Source of the DNA: Eledone cirrhosa
Lineage: Eukaryota
DNA length: 64,000 nt
Direction of reading: 5' to 3'
NCBI GenBank assembly: GCA_964016885.1
Contig: OZ024743.1
Location: 264,492,001 to 264,556,000, forward strand
Every line of letters starts with the position of its first letter. The stretch's first letter is position 1. The notes below the pieces were generated by a model that saw nothing but the letters and a program-made list of their open reading frames with translations, was not told the origin of the DNA and did no database searches. Shown piece after piece: positions 27,851 to 43,100 of the stretch. The position numbers and the translations under genes were made by a program.

Positions 27851-29769
27851 ACTAGGGGATTCGTATAGAGATATCAGGGCAATAAAAATATGCCCATGGA
27901 GTCCATATCGCTACAGAATATAACATTTTTTGCGAAGCGGGGTATCCTAACAGGCATCCCAAATTCACACCAGAATGTATAATTCTATAGACAATGAATT
28001 TTGTTGTAAAAACAACACTCTGGTGAAGATACAACGGCCACCATGTTCTGAAGAGCAGGGAATGAAACCATGTCTTTCTGAGTTCAGCTGCTCGGAGAAT
28101 GTAGATACTTATCTACATTTGTGGATAAGAAAAAGATCTGTGTTTAACTGATACGGAACTCACAGATTATCTGTCCTTCCCATAGATTTCCATTTATACC
28201 TATTACCGTAGTTATGCTGACAATAGATTTCCATAGAAACCTAAAAATACTGGCTGTTTCGAACACAGAAGAAAGTAAATTGACTCGCATCCTCCAATAT
28301 CCAATCGATTAGTGGTACAGTGAAAATTTATGTAACATTGAAATAATTATTCACGTGAATTTCTTGAAATACAAATATGCACATAATTACATATATGCAT
28401 ACTACATATATACACAGGCATTGGTACAGCGTAATCACGTTCATTACTAATAATACGTACAGCTAATAAATTATTGCAACTAGAATTATATATATATACA
28501 TTATTTCAAAGTCACATGTCTCTTTAAGTGTCTTGTCCAAAATCTATTTAAATGTCTTGACTTTAGTAGTGACTTACAAATAGAATAGTAAAATACATAC
28601 ATATATACAAGTTTAATATAATACATGAACATACATATAAAGGTATAGAATAGCACTCGATTTGTCTTAAATCTATTCCAAAATGGGAAGAGCATGCGTT
28701 TAAATAATGATTATAAATTCATTGAGTTTCATTGTCGGGTTCTGGTTTGTATAATAAAATGCACTCCGACGACATACTCTTGTCTGAAAAGAAAATCACT
28801 ACATAGACTAGTGTAACCGACATTGTACAGAAATGAAAAAAAATATGCTTTTTAATCAGTCGGAGAGAAAACGAAAACAACATATTTATTGTAATGAATT
28901 AAATTGGGAACAATAGGCACTGTATTTCTCGATGCTTAATACGACAGAGACGAACGAACTGGTCATTACTTGAATGCCATTTATCATATGTCTATCAATC
29001 ATGGCTGATCTGCGGGCTAACCACAAATTGCATGTGAATAAAATGAACCAGTTAATAATGGTAGTAGACCCTGCGTTTGTGTATCCTAAATATTATCAAA
29101 TATTTTCTGTTGCACTATGTGACCAATTTTAGCAGTTAAAAAAAAAGCAAACAACACAAGGAATTCTAATTTGCATATGATAATATAGCCCATAGGTATT
29201 GAAGAGAGTTGATTTATTAAACATCGATTCAGGCAAATCAATGTCAGTTTTTAAGCCAACAATTGACATACATTTTAAACGTAGAGTTATTGATAAATTC
29301 AATGTCTGTGTATATCAAATACATTTGTGTAGCTCAACATCAGATTGAAGTACTTTTTAATATATAAACCAAGGAGACGTTAAACGCATGGGCTCACGCA
29401 TATTCACAGATAGACATATGCAATCATACAGATTGTTATAGATTTTTATATATATATATATGTGTACACACACACATACACATACACACATACACACACA
29501 CATATATAGCCGAATTACTCGCGCCATGCTGCATTTCACACATTTTGTTTGTAAGAAAGTGATGATTGATTTCAAATTCGTGTTATAAGTTATGGAGAAA
29601 AAATAAAGGGATAATGTTGAAAAAGTAGAGGCATTAACTAATAATTTTTCTTGTCATAATTCTAGTGATGTTTTGCCATAGATTTAATGTTTACTTTAGC
29701 CAAATTTTACTATAAAACTGAAGTGCTTTTTTTGTTGATTTACGTTTAATTAATAGAAAAACTGAATTT

Positions 29770-30075
29770 GTTTAGCAAGATTCTTTATCTGAAATCGTGT
29801 GTTGAAACCGATATTGTTATACTTTGGGAGGGTCATGTTGCCAATAAGAAACACACGCACCAGTTGCTTTCACTTCAATTTATTATATATTTATAAATTT
29901 ACAAAGTTATACATTTCTGGTTGGTTGGTTGGTTCCACAACCAGATAGTTGTTTATATATAGTCATAGTTCTTTCGTCACACACTCTGTGACCTCTTCAG
30001 TGACTGGGGATTCCTTTCTTTGTTTCTGTGACATTTATTCAAGCGGTACCATGTTGGTACCGCTTGAATAAATGT
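29770..30075 (-). mobile_element. Short non-coding HHR element with a terminal hairpin
   Basis: Hairpin at 30031-30075 (20-bp arms), then an HHR, AATAAA, and a 3' motif shared with 51224-51291. Confidence 0.7.
29961..30005 (-). ncRNA. Type I hammerhead ribozyme (minimal)
   Basis: AGTCA-CTGAAGA-g GTCACA gagtg TGTGAC-GAAA-GAAC-TA-TGACT. Confidence 0.88.
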
Positions 30076-30277
30076 TACTTATGAAATATTAATGGATTAA
30101 AAGAAAAAGCTGTCTGGCATATTCGACGGCTACTCTCACTCTGTATGCTTTGCTTTACGAAAAATGATTTATTCTTTGATACGTACCAATACGTTAATTT
30201 TATAAATAGACACATAATATATGCTTTCATATAGACTGTTATATATATATACGGAGAGAGAGAGAGAAAGGAAGAGG

Positions 30278-30372
<95 letters not shown>

Positions 30373-30415
30373 GGCGAGTGAAAGAGAATACGTAGTACGC
30401 TCAAGCGCAGAAAGT

Positions 30416-30967
30416 AGTTGCTATAAAATAACTTATAAAATCAGGTGAAGACACTAAGAGGCGGACAACGATTTTGCCAGCCGTCTAAAAGAAGGAGCTG
30501 AATGAAATACATTTTGACCATGTAAACAGACATTTCGAACTTACGAAATGCTGAGGGAATAGATTTTTATAAGCTATTTTATTATAACTAACTATAATTG
30601 CAGTTATTTTCAGATGAGTATCTTACAGCTTCTACAAATGTATTCCCTAACCGCATCGTCAGTTCAAAAGTTCGAGTTTCACACACAAAGTTTGTATACA
30701 TTATTTTCAAAAGGTATTTCATTCAGCTCCTTAATTTAGACGGTAAGATCTTGTTGGATGTCTCTTGGCTCAGTCATGAAAGCACTCAGCCGATAGTTAA
30801 TAGATAGAGAGTACGATTCCTCGTAGCATCCACTGACACTGTTGTTTTTCATCTCTAAACGTTTTTATCCGATTTTTATAAGCTATTTTATAGCAACTGA
30901 GTGCGGTTTAGTATCCTACACCCCGAATAAATTTATTCCCTCACAATTTCGTAAGTTCCAAAGTTAG

Positions 30968-30970
<3 letters not shown>
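30416..30970. repeat. ~300-bp unit with a partial tandem copy and a deleted inverted copy
   Basis: Direct pairs: 30562/30871 and 30641/30934. Inverted pairs: 30416-30469 vs 30841-30898, 30481-30516 vs 30708-30743, 30533-30561 vs 30934-30963. Confidence 0.75.
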
Positions 30971-31056
<86 letters not shown>

Positions 31057-31064
31057 GTGTGTGT

Positions 31065-31119
<55 letters not shown>

Positions 31120-31159
31120 TATGTATATATATGGAAGTGGTTACACAACAGTTAGTTCA

Positions 31160-31209
31160 CCATGCCGGGAACAATTGTTTCACCTTAGCGGATCTTCAGC
31201 TCGTAATGG
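31160..31209 (-). ncRNA. Type I hammerhead ribozyme (left arm)
   Basis: CGAG-CTGAAGA-tCC gctaa GGt-GAAA-CAATTG-TT-CCCG. One mismatch in stem I. Confidence 0.8.
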
Positions 31210-31321
31210 ACATGGTTATACGGAACAGGAAGGACAACCGTACGAACGCGCATGCGTAGAAATGATCATTTCTACGCATGCGCCTTCTTACTGTTGTCCT
31301 TCCTGTTCCGTATAACCATGT

Positions 31322-31371
31322 CCATTACGAGCTGAGGATCCGCTAAGGTGAAACAATTGTTCTCGGTATGG
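31322..31371 (+). ncRNA. Type I hammerhead ribozyme (right arm)
   Basis: CCAT ta CGAG-CTGAGGA-tCC gctaa GGt-GAAA-CAATTG-TT-CTCG gt ATGG. Confidence 0.85.
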
Positions 31372-31397
31372 TGAACTAACTGATGTGTAACCACTTC

Positions 31398-31429
<32 letters not shown>

Positions 31430-31430
31430 C

Positions 31431-32549
<1,119 letters not shown>

Positions 32550-35500
32550 ATATGTGTATTCGTATGTGGGGGCGGATGCAGGGGTTGAGAGTGTGTTGGA
32601 TTGTGATATGCTTTTGAATTTGACTGTTTCTGAATTTCTTGCTGTAATCGATAATAGACTGACTGGAGCCAATGATGATGTAACAGTTATTTCCGAGCAA
32701 TTCCTCTGCAATCCCCCGACAGATTTACTAACATTTGCATCAGAAATATTTTGTTTTGCAACGGAATAGTCTTGCTTTTGCCATGGATATTTCAGAGAAT
32801 TCAGCTTTTTACTGTAAGATTATAAATGGCTTTGTGGTGTACAAAAGAATTACTATAAAAGTACGTGTTATCTTTGAAGAAGCGAATATCCACTCAGATG
32901 AAGCAAGGAGAAAATATTTGAATATGGTTTAGATTTAACCAATAATGGCAATTTGCTTTCATTCTGACGCTTAGTTGTTTATATACTTTATATAGCCTGA
33001 ACTGAGGTAGGTGGGTAGCAAATGGGTGATGTAGAAAGCATCAGAAATTTTATAAAAAGCTGGATAGATTCTAAAGTGAAGAAATGATAGAATAGAATGT
33101 GTATTGCAAGAGCTCATAAGGAATTTTCCTTCAATCTCCTTCTGTTATGTTTCTGAACCGATTAATCCTTCTTCGCTCAAAACGTCTTTTCTCAATGTGC
33201 AAGTAATTCAATCTACTTTCTCTGCAAATTACCTTAAATCAATGAGAATTGTCTCCACCTGGAGAATGCATCACGTGCCTTTCGATAATTTTCTCCTTTA
33301 GACTTTAAGCTTGTGTTTCTTCTCCATAGTTTTCGACAGCTTATACATAGAATTATATAATTTTCCCTCCCTCACAAACAACGTAAAGCATGTAACATTC
33401 AAATGACAACATGTATATTTATAAAGCGGACAGAGACACTTTTCTTCCATAACAATGGAACCATAAGATGATACCGGTGACACTGCAGTTCCACTATAAT
33501 TACAATGTAGCACACCAAATATCAGAATTATTTACGGTGCACGTCTTCATTTCACAATGGTTAAACTACCTGCATTTTGTGTAGAAAAATAGATTTGATT
33601 TGTGATTAAGAGTAAGTGCGCACTGCGCAAATTGTCTTAAATATTTTGTTCTTAATTTCTACATATACTTTCTTTTCAAATGTCACATAACTGTTCGACA
33701 TATTTCAAATTTCCTGAAAACTCAATGGCTGAAACAGAGAACTTACATTTCCCAAGGTAATTTTCTAATCCAATTTGCTAAATAGCAGGTGAGATATGCA
33801 GCTTGTCTGAGTTATGAAACGAGAATTATTTATCTCTAATTAAACGACGGTTACATTAATTCGATACCTCATATAAAACGAGAAATCTCAATGGGATAAT
33901 GAGGTCATTTCCATCCACAAATATAACCGGTAATATTGGCTTTTGAAGGCATGCTGTTTTTATAACAAACTGTTTCTTGCAGTTAATTTTACTTTTCTCA
34001 TATTGGTATCTTAAATATTTTCGAAACGCAATTATGTTATATTCTATAATTGGCAATATTAAATTGCCCTTACACGACTCGAAACGTAATGCAAAATATA
34101 TCTGGAAAATATAAAAAGGAATGCACGAAACATTAACATTAACAGTTGTGAATATCATACATTTTAAGGAAAATTTATTTTGCCAAGTATTTCACAATTT
34201 CTGTCCCATGTGTAGAGTATATATGGCAGTAGTTTGCTTTTCATAGCATTACAGCCTTTTAATATCTTGTCTAATATCACACACAGGCTATATAAAAAAG
34301 ATGCCAACATGTTAAAAGAATACTTGTACATTCTAAAAGAAAGTATAAGGAAGAGAAATACATATGAGCACAGCAATATTAGAATTGCTCAATAAACAAT
34401 ACAAAATACACTCTAAAGACTACACCAACATCAAAAATAGAAACCCAGCGTCGACGCAGTCAAATGTTTACATAAAGTCAAATATCAAAGCATATACATA
34501 TAAGAAAATTAATTAATAGACAGTGAATTGATGAGTTGTCTTGCGGTAGTCGTTCCGGTTCTTTGCCTTCTGAGATTTTAAAATGCCATTATTTAATAGG
34601 GTGGTATATTCAATTCATCGGTTAAAATCTCCACATTGGTGATATGTGCCTTTAATGGATTCCACTCTGTTGCAATCATGTATGTCAAGTTTCCAGTAGA
34701 AACATACTTTTATCCGTTCCCCACTAAATTTAGCCGTTTTTCTTTCGCATTAAATGATAACAATATTGATATTAGTGATCAATGCAGCGATAATCAAGAT
34801 AATTGTGTCTTGTATTCTATTGTATTCCCCCAAACAGTTACATAGGCACCTACTTCTACCACCACCTGCAGTGTACAAATGATACACGGAATAACGTGAA
34901 AATCTCAATACAATCACAAGACCTGATACAAATATTATTAAAATATCACTTACACCATAAGCAATACTTTTTATAGTTGTTACATCAGTAATCATTCAAT
35001 CAAAGGTTTCGTGATCTAGTTTCACGTTGGGCTACACCATGGACAACGATAATAACAATTTCTGCAGAAGAAGAATTTCGTATCATGAGGTGAATCATAT
35101 ATTTTGCCCATTAAATGATCTGGAATATGAAATAAGACATAAATATATATGCCTGATAAAATACATGGATATTAACAGATGGGGGATCGCAACTGCATAT
35201 CTACACATTATCTGTTTTATAATGTGTTATGCTTGGATAATAAAAGGTCTCGGTCTATCAGTGTATGAAAGAGATCAGACAATTTTGAATGTGTTGATAA
35301 AATATTTCGGGAAAGCAATTGTGAACTATTTCAGTGAAGGAGGTCATTTGATTTCCGCAATTACATTTTTTTTCTGAGAACAAGAATTTCGTCACTAAAT
35401 CGAAGAGATCTGCGAAAACTTAAAAATAATATCTAATAGAAAATACGTTTCGTTTTATTTGAGCTCAATGGAAAGGGAGAGAATTTTGTTGTGGAGGTAT

Positions 35501-35683
35501 GAGTATTTATTTATGCAGAAAATTATTACACGACACATACACACTCACACACATACACACAAACACACATACACACACATATACACACATATACACACAA
35601 ACAAAGACACACAGGCACACACACACACACACATATGTATTAACAGAGCGAGAATAACCAAGTTATACATAAAACATATTTTT

Positions 35684-35749
35684 AATTCTACATATGTTTC
35701 AATGTTGAGCGAGGTATCTGTCCTTCACTCTACATATCTTCAGGAAGTT
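35684..35749 (-). ncRNA. Type I hammerhead ribozyme
   Basis: AACTTC-CTGAAGA-tATGT a GAGTGA..TCGCTC a ACATt-GAAA-CATATG-TA-GAATT. Palindromic stem III, GUA triplet. Confidence 0.85.
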
Positions 35750-36054
35750 ATATATACTTTAAAATGGAAAAGAAAATTTACAATTTCATGAAAATTCTAG
35801 TTTTAAAATATTTATCTCGACAAGTTGACTTCCATCTATATAAAGTATATCTAACAGGAATACACAAGTATGAATATAATTTATCATATAATACAATACA
35901 ATGAAACATAAATAATGAAAGTTAAATAATTAAAGAATTATTTTGCTGAATTTCATATTTATTATTTATATATTAGAATGCTCACAAATTGTATGTATAA
36001 AATTATACATATGAAAAGACAATGTTATAATTGCTATTATTAATTTAATTGAAT

Positions 36055-36229
36055 TGGCAGTATTGGTGGAGGGTCAGACATGCTTTCCAGCGTAGTTACG
36101 CCCCTTTACGATCTGAGTTCAAATCCCGCCGAGGTTAACTTTGCCTTTCATCCTTGCAGGGTCGATAAAATAAAGTACCAGTAATACACTGGGTAATTGC
36201 TGGCCTTGTGCCAAAAGTAGAAACAATTA
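36055..36229 (+). mobile_element. tRNA-derived SINE (same family as 8479-8664)
   Basis: A box TGGCAGTATTGG, B box GAGTTCAAATCC, and shared body and tail. Confidence 0.9.
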
Positions 36230-36849
36230 ATTTAATAAAACGGAACTGAAAATAGTTATTATAATGCCTAAGTAAATAATTAAATTACAATTTTACCCTG
36301 CATAAAAGGCAGTTGGTAATTACTTTTACTACCCTCCACTCCCATATTTTTGAAATTTACATATTTCCTAGTCAATATGCACACTCATATTATCATGTCA
36401 TTTTTTAAGCATATGTCTGTTAATGTCTGGATTTGCAGAAGCACTACATTTTGATATACTGTTTTTAATACCAATTCTGCTTTGCTATTGGATGTGAAAT
36501 GCGATGTATTAAATGGTATGGTATGAACCTATTCTATGGTATGGAATTATCTCTTGATGTAATATACTTGAGAATTCAAACTATATATAAATTCCTGAAG
36601 GTATGTTTAGCGAGGAACATATAACTCGTATGTATCGTGGTATGGCGCACAACTCTACATTGAAACACATGTAGAATTGAAATAATGTTTTAAGTATAGC
36701 TTTGTTATTCTCTCTATATAAAATAAATGTTGAGCTCTGCACCCGTAGCCTGAAACTCTACAACAAAATCTCCAGCGACAGGGAAAATCATCAGCCGAAT
36801 TTCATGATAACGTAACAAGGTAGTTTAATGTCATACCCAGGACAGAAAT

Positions 36850-39800
36850 ATGGAGAGTCGATCTAACAGTACTAGGGTTAGAGCCCCTAATTACAGAGCA
36901 GCCTGGTCGTTATGACTCTGCTGGCTTAGAGCCACAGAGAGGGCCAGTGGATGATGGATCAGCTGTCTCTGAGACAAATATAAAGAATGCAGTTTTGTCC
37001 TGCAGAAGAGCAATCACAATGGGCACTTTGAATGTGAGGACTATTCGGACGCTGGAGAAGAGAGAGGAGTTGGGACATCTGTTCGAGGAGAGTGGTATAC
37101 AGATACTTGCGATCCAAGAACACAGGATTCTACACGATGAGCCCGTGAGGAGTGTGATGATCGGGAAGAAGAGCCAGCTCATCACTACATCAGCAGTGAA
37201 GAACACAACAAATGCTGCAGTAAGAGGAGTGGGTTTTGTGTTCAGTGCAAAAACCAATCTGTTGGTGAGGGGAATAATGCCTATCTCCCCGCGAGTGTTG
37301 AGGGTGACCTTCAATGGAAAACCAAGACTGACAGTCATCTCAGCCTATAGAACAACCAAGGGGGACAGTGATGTGAATGCGGAAGAGTTCCACGAGGAGG
37401 TGTGTAGAGCTGTCAACACCACTCAGGCACACAATATCCTGCTTGTTTTGGGGGACTTCAATGCACATCTGAGTAAGGAGGGCAGTGAAGATCCTTGCTG
37501 GTACTTCCATAACATCACCAACCGAAAAGGAAGACTACTGAGAGACACCCTGCTGGAGGCGAACTTGATGGCGACCAACCTAAGGTTTAGGAAGAATCTG
37601 GGGAAGATGTGGACCTACATCTCAGATATGCAGCTGTCCAAGTCCCAGATTGATTTCATTCTGGTGAGGAAAAAGTGGCGGAATAGTGTTCTGAACACGG
37701 AACCATACAGCTATTTCAGTACACTGGGTAGTGACCACCGGCTTGTTATGAGTGAGGTCCGCGTGAGCTTAAGAAAGAGTAAGGCTCAGCCCTGGAGAAC
37801 AATCTAATACTGGGGAGCTTTCAAGGAAGATGATAAGCTACAGGAGAGGTTCACAGTGGAAGTGAGAAACAGGTTTAGTGCTCTGTGTGGAGAGTCAGAG
37901 GAGAGAGAGATTGGATGGACTGAGGAGAGTGTGACGAGGAGGTACGGGGACTTCACCAATGCAGTGGCGGAAGCAAGTGAAATCCTGGTGCCGGGGAAAA
38001 AGAACAAAGGGAAGCACGTCAGCTCTGCAAACCCAAAAGTGTGTGCAGCCAGAGAACACCTGAAAGCTGCCAGGGACCAATTCTATGCTGATTCTACGGA
38101 GGAGAGGATGGATACTGTGGAGGTGATGAGGGAAGAGCTCTGTGCCGCTTACACTGAGGTCAGAGAGGAGGCACTGATATAGAAGATCAGAAGCGTGGAG
38201 AGAGCGGTTGACAGATCTGGATGTAAGGAGAGCTGGATGATCATCAACGAGATCACAGGGAGGAAGAGAAGGTGTTCGAATCAGATCCAGGGAACGGGGC
38301 CCGAGGATAGGAAGAGGAAATGGCTAGACCATTTTAGGACCCTACTAGGAGAGCCACCCTCCACAGCCCAGAGCACTGGGGAGATCAGGCGGCTGTTTGA
38401 GGAACTGGATGTTGAGACAGAGCCCTTCACCAGAGAGGAGCTTCAGAGAGCCAAGAAGAAGATCAAGGAGGACAAGGCTCATGGAGAAGTTGGAGTGGCA
38501 TCAGAGGTGATGAAGAGGTGTGATTTTGATGATATCATCCTGGGGTTCTGTAACGGGGCACAGGAGAAAGGAGTTGCCCCGAATCAGTGGAGGATCAGTA
38601 ACATCGTCCCAGTGCCAAAGAAGGGAGATCTCTCTAACACCAACAACTACCGGGGGATCTCACTGACGTCACTTGTGGCAAAGAGCCTCAACAGGATGAT
38701 TCTTAACAGGATCCAGCCTGAGATGGAGGAGAAGCTCAGGGACAACCAGAACGGCTTCAGAGAGGGTAGATCAACCACCAGTCACATCCTGATGCTGAGG
38801 AGGATATTAGAGGGAGCTAGAGCAAAGTGCCTTCCTGCGGTCATGGTTTTCATTGACTTTAGGAAGGCCTTTGATTCTGTGGACCGTTACTGCCTGATGA
38901 AGATCTTACAGGCTTATGGAATCCCCAAGAGGATAGTGGACCTGATATTACTGCTCTAAACCAACACCAAAGCCCAAGTCATTACACCTGATGGGATGAC
39001 AGAGTTCTTTGTGATACTGGCTGGAGTACTCCAGCGAGATACATTGGCTCCCTACCTTTTTATCATCGTAGTGGACTATTGTATGCGCCTTGCACTGGAG
39101 AAACACCAGGACTTTGGCTTTACTGTAGCACCGGCTCAGAGCAGGAGAGTTAGGGCGAAAAAGGTATCGGATGCTGAATTTGCCGACGACATAGTTTTGG
39201 TGACAAATACAGTGAAGGAGGCAGAGGATTTGATGCGGGATGTTGAGACTGTGTCGATGAGTGTGGGGCTGATAATGAATGAGACTAAAACAAAATATCT
39301 GGTAGAGAATGTTGAGAAGCCACAGAGGATCACTAATGTAGGCGGGAAGCCGCTGGAATTGGTTGAGGACTTCCTGTATCTGGGAGCAAAGATTGGGAAT
39401 ACGGAAGATGATCTGGTTGAGAGGAAGAGCAAGGCCTGGGGGCGTGCCACAGCTTGAGATCGGTGTGGAAGTCGGACCTTCGTAGAGACCTGAAAATCCG
39501 CCTCTTCATTGCTGTAGTGGAGTCTGTGCTGCTGTATGGGTCTGAGACTTGGACAAAGACCAAGAAACTCACTCAGATGGTGGATGGGTGCTACACGAGA
39601 ATGCTGAGGATGGCTCTGAACATTAATCAGTATACACTGAGGATGAAAAACTCAGAGCTGTATGGGAGCATCCCAAAAGTCAGCTCAAAAGTGACACAGA
39701 GGAGACTGAGGTTAGCTGGATATGCTCACCGACATCCAGAGTTGACATTGCACTCAGTACTCCTTTGGGAGCCCCTACATGGACACACTAGAAGAGGAAG

Positions 39801-39934
39801 ACCAAGGTTAACGTATGTTGATGCCCTAAGGACAGACACTGGTCTGTTGGAGATGCAGGACATGGCAGCGATAATGAGGGACAGAGACCGCCGGAGAGAA
39901 CTCGTGTATGGATCTTGGGAATTTTACCCGCCTT

Positions 39935-39937
<3 letters not shown>
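36850..39937 (+). mobile_element. Near full-length RTE-type LINE (APE endonuclease + RT), inactivated
   Basis: GTLNVRT, LAIQEHR, LGDFNAH, SDH; PVPKKGDL..NYRGISL, QNGFREGRST, FIDFRKAFDS, GVLQRDTLAP, FADD, FLYLG. Stops at 37805, 38180 and 38957; frameshift near 39450. 5' boundary approximate. Confidence 0.93.
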
Positions 39938-40005
<68 letters not shown>

Positions 40006-40006
40006 T

Positions 40007-40171
<165 letters not shown>

Positions 40172-40187
40172 GTATATATATATATAA

Positions 40188-43100
40188 ACCAATAATAATA
40201 AAAACCAATAATAATAAAACCAATAATCTTTACGGAATACAAAAGGACATTTATAACGACCTTATATTGAAGGAACTAAGGAAGAAATACAAAGTACCAA
40301 ATAAGGACGAACTTGAAAAACTGAATACAGATGCCTCTTGTATAATGCATGAACTAGGCATTGAAAATAAAACACAACCCTTCATGCCAAGGAAACCTAA
40401 GATTAATATGAAGGATCAGAAAAGAAACTTTCAAAATGATTTACCTGTCAGATTAATTGCACCATCTAAATCTGACCTTGGCAGACTTAGAAAAAATATT
40501 CTAGACAGAATAATACAACAAATTAAGAATTTACCTAATTTATCTTACTTAAAATTATGGAAAGGGACTAGTGAGGTTATCGATTGGTTTAAAGAAATTA
40601 AATATAACTATAATAATAAGTTTATTCAGTTGGATATTGCTAACTACTACTCATCTATCACTCCTAATCTACTGAATAAGGCACTAACTTACGCATTTAA
40701 ACATACAGACCTAACTAGCAATGAAATGCACATTATATTATCGGCAGGGAAAACATTAATAGCATTTAATAACCAACTCTGGACTAGGGCAGATAGAAAT
40801 AATAATTTCGACATAACTATGGGATCTTAAGACTCAGCTCAGGTAACGGACCTTGTGGGCCTATTTATAATTAATTATCTACATAGAAAAATACCAGGTG
40901 TAACCGGAGGATTATATCGTGACGACATGCTTTTACTTATAGAAAATAATAGCTGTGAACTAAATAGAAAAAGAAAACAAATTATACAATTTTTTAATTA
41001 CCTTAATCTAAAAGTAGAAATAGAGAATAACCATAAAATAGTCAATTTTCTAGATGTAACACTAAATCTTAACACATGTCTTCATTATCCATTTCACAAA
41101 CTAAAAGAGAACTTAAATTATGTCAATTTTAACTATAATCACCCCAGATCCGTTAAAAATACTATTGTGAACTATGTACAAGAACGAATTTCAAGAATTT
41201 CATCTAATAAGAATATATTTGATAAAAAAGCACATTATTACAACGAAGGGTTAGGTAGAGCTTGGTATAGAAATAAAATTAAATACATCGATAATAATAA
41301 TAATATAAAAACTAACCAAAATAATAACAATTTTAACTATGGTAACAATTTTAACAACTATAATAGAAAACATTACAATAATTCCGAAAGCCGAAAAAGA
41401 AATAGAACTAGGAATATACTATGGTTCACTAAATATTAAAACCCCTATTGCTAAACTATTCTTTAAAGCTCTTGACAAACGCTCCCCTAGAACACATAGA
41501 TATTACTCAATTTTTAATAGACATACTATAAAATTTACTTACTCTTCCACCAAAATTTTAGCGCAAAATATTAATAGAATTAATAATAGAAATTTTAAAC
41601 CTAACCAAAATACCAATAATAACCCAAGCAATATTCAATCGAATAATTGTAACTGTAGAAATAAATCCAACTGTCCGTTAAATAACAACTGCTTAGCTAA
41701 ACATGTAGTTTATAATTGTAATGTTAAAACTAATTTAAATTCATTTAATTATGTCGGTTCTACCTCCACAGAGTTTAAATGCCGCTTCAATAATCATAAA
41801 AATTATTTTACAGATCCAAACAAAAAATCCTCGACTTCGCTATCTAGCCTATTATGGGACCTAAAACGAGATAATGTTGAATATTCGCTGATTTGGAATA
41901 TTATTTCAAAAGCTACTCCTTTTAATTCCTCTTCAGAAAATTGCGATCTTTGTATAGAGGAAATATTCTTTATATTAAAGACCAAAAATTCCCTTAATTT
42001 AAGGAATAATTTATTCAGTTGCTGCAGACATAGAATGAACTCAATGTTTAAATATAAATATAAATTTAAAATGTAGTATAATTAATTAAGTAATTTGGTT
42101 AATATATGAAATCTGTCGATAAATCATTAGATTCCTTCACCTTTTTCATTTTCTTTGGTTAAGTACTCAAGTATAAATACATTTTCTCAATAAATATAAA
42201 TATAAATATAATAAACTATTCTAGAAAAGTTTATCCTTTCAATATCTTGAATAAAATATACTAAATCTATTAAACATTATTTTAACTTAAAATATTCTAT
42301 AATATTTTAAAATATTTTAATATTTTGATATTTGTAGAATTCTTTTGTTTTTAAGTTATATTGATATAATTATATTTCCAAAATATAATCCTTTTGTATT
42401 TTATGTACTCAATTGTACTATGTAATATATTGATGTATACTTATCTCTATACGATTATGTATGTATGTGTGTGTATTAACATACATATACATGTGTTACT
42501 TGCATTTTTATGAATATATGTCTGTCTGTATATATGCATGAGTGACGCGTGTCTACGAATTGGGTGAAGACGCCCACACATGTTTATATATGTATATGTA
42601 AGAATTGTGTGTGTACATGTACATGTGTACCCATGAAATTTGATTGCAGATAGGCATAATTTAACAGCCATAAATGCATTAAAGTTAATCCTATATATTT
42701 ATATATATATACTAAATTTTTTTATTTAATAACACAAGGGATGTATAACATTAATAAAAAAAATCATTTATGCTTTGTATGTATATATTATATGCGGGAG
42801 TAGATATAATGTGTATTTTCTGAGTGTGTGTGTATATATATTTATATATTTTTGCGTATATGTACGTGCTATATGATAGGTAATTTCTCTAGCAATATAT
42901 ATATTTCGTAATGTTTAAATTCCAATTTTTAATATATTGATCTCAATTTTTAAACTAAATATCTAATCATAGTTAAACAATGATTAATTTCTCATATTAT
43001 ATATGTATATTCCATTCATGAATATTAATATTTCTAATTTTATTTATTCATTTCATCTCAATTGTTAACTTAACTTAATATGACATGACTTAAGGTTTTC

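Larger units (their letters stand above)
31131..31400. mobile_element. Palindromic (fold-back) element carrying two hammerheads on opposite strands
   Basis: Centre AATGA|TCATT at 31265/31266, ~135-bp arms, embedded in (TA)n. Confidence 0.88.

Noticed and set aside
30585-30668. Minus-strand CTGACGA with TGCGGTTA/TAACTGCA pairing
   Set aside because: GAAA is missing and the motif is absent from the two other copies of this repeat segment.
36055-36135. tRNA gene (A and B boxes)
   Set aside because: No cloverleaf; it continues into a dispersed SINE body, and the sister copy at 8479 has TSDs.
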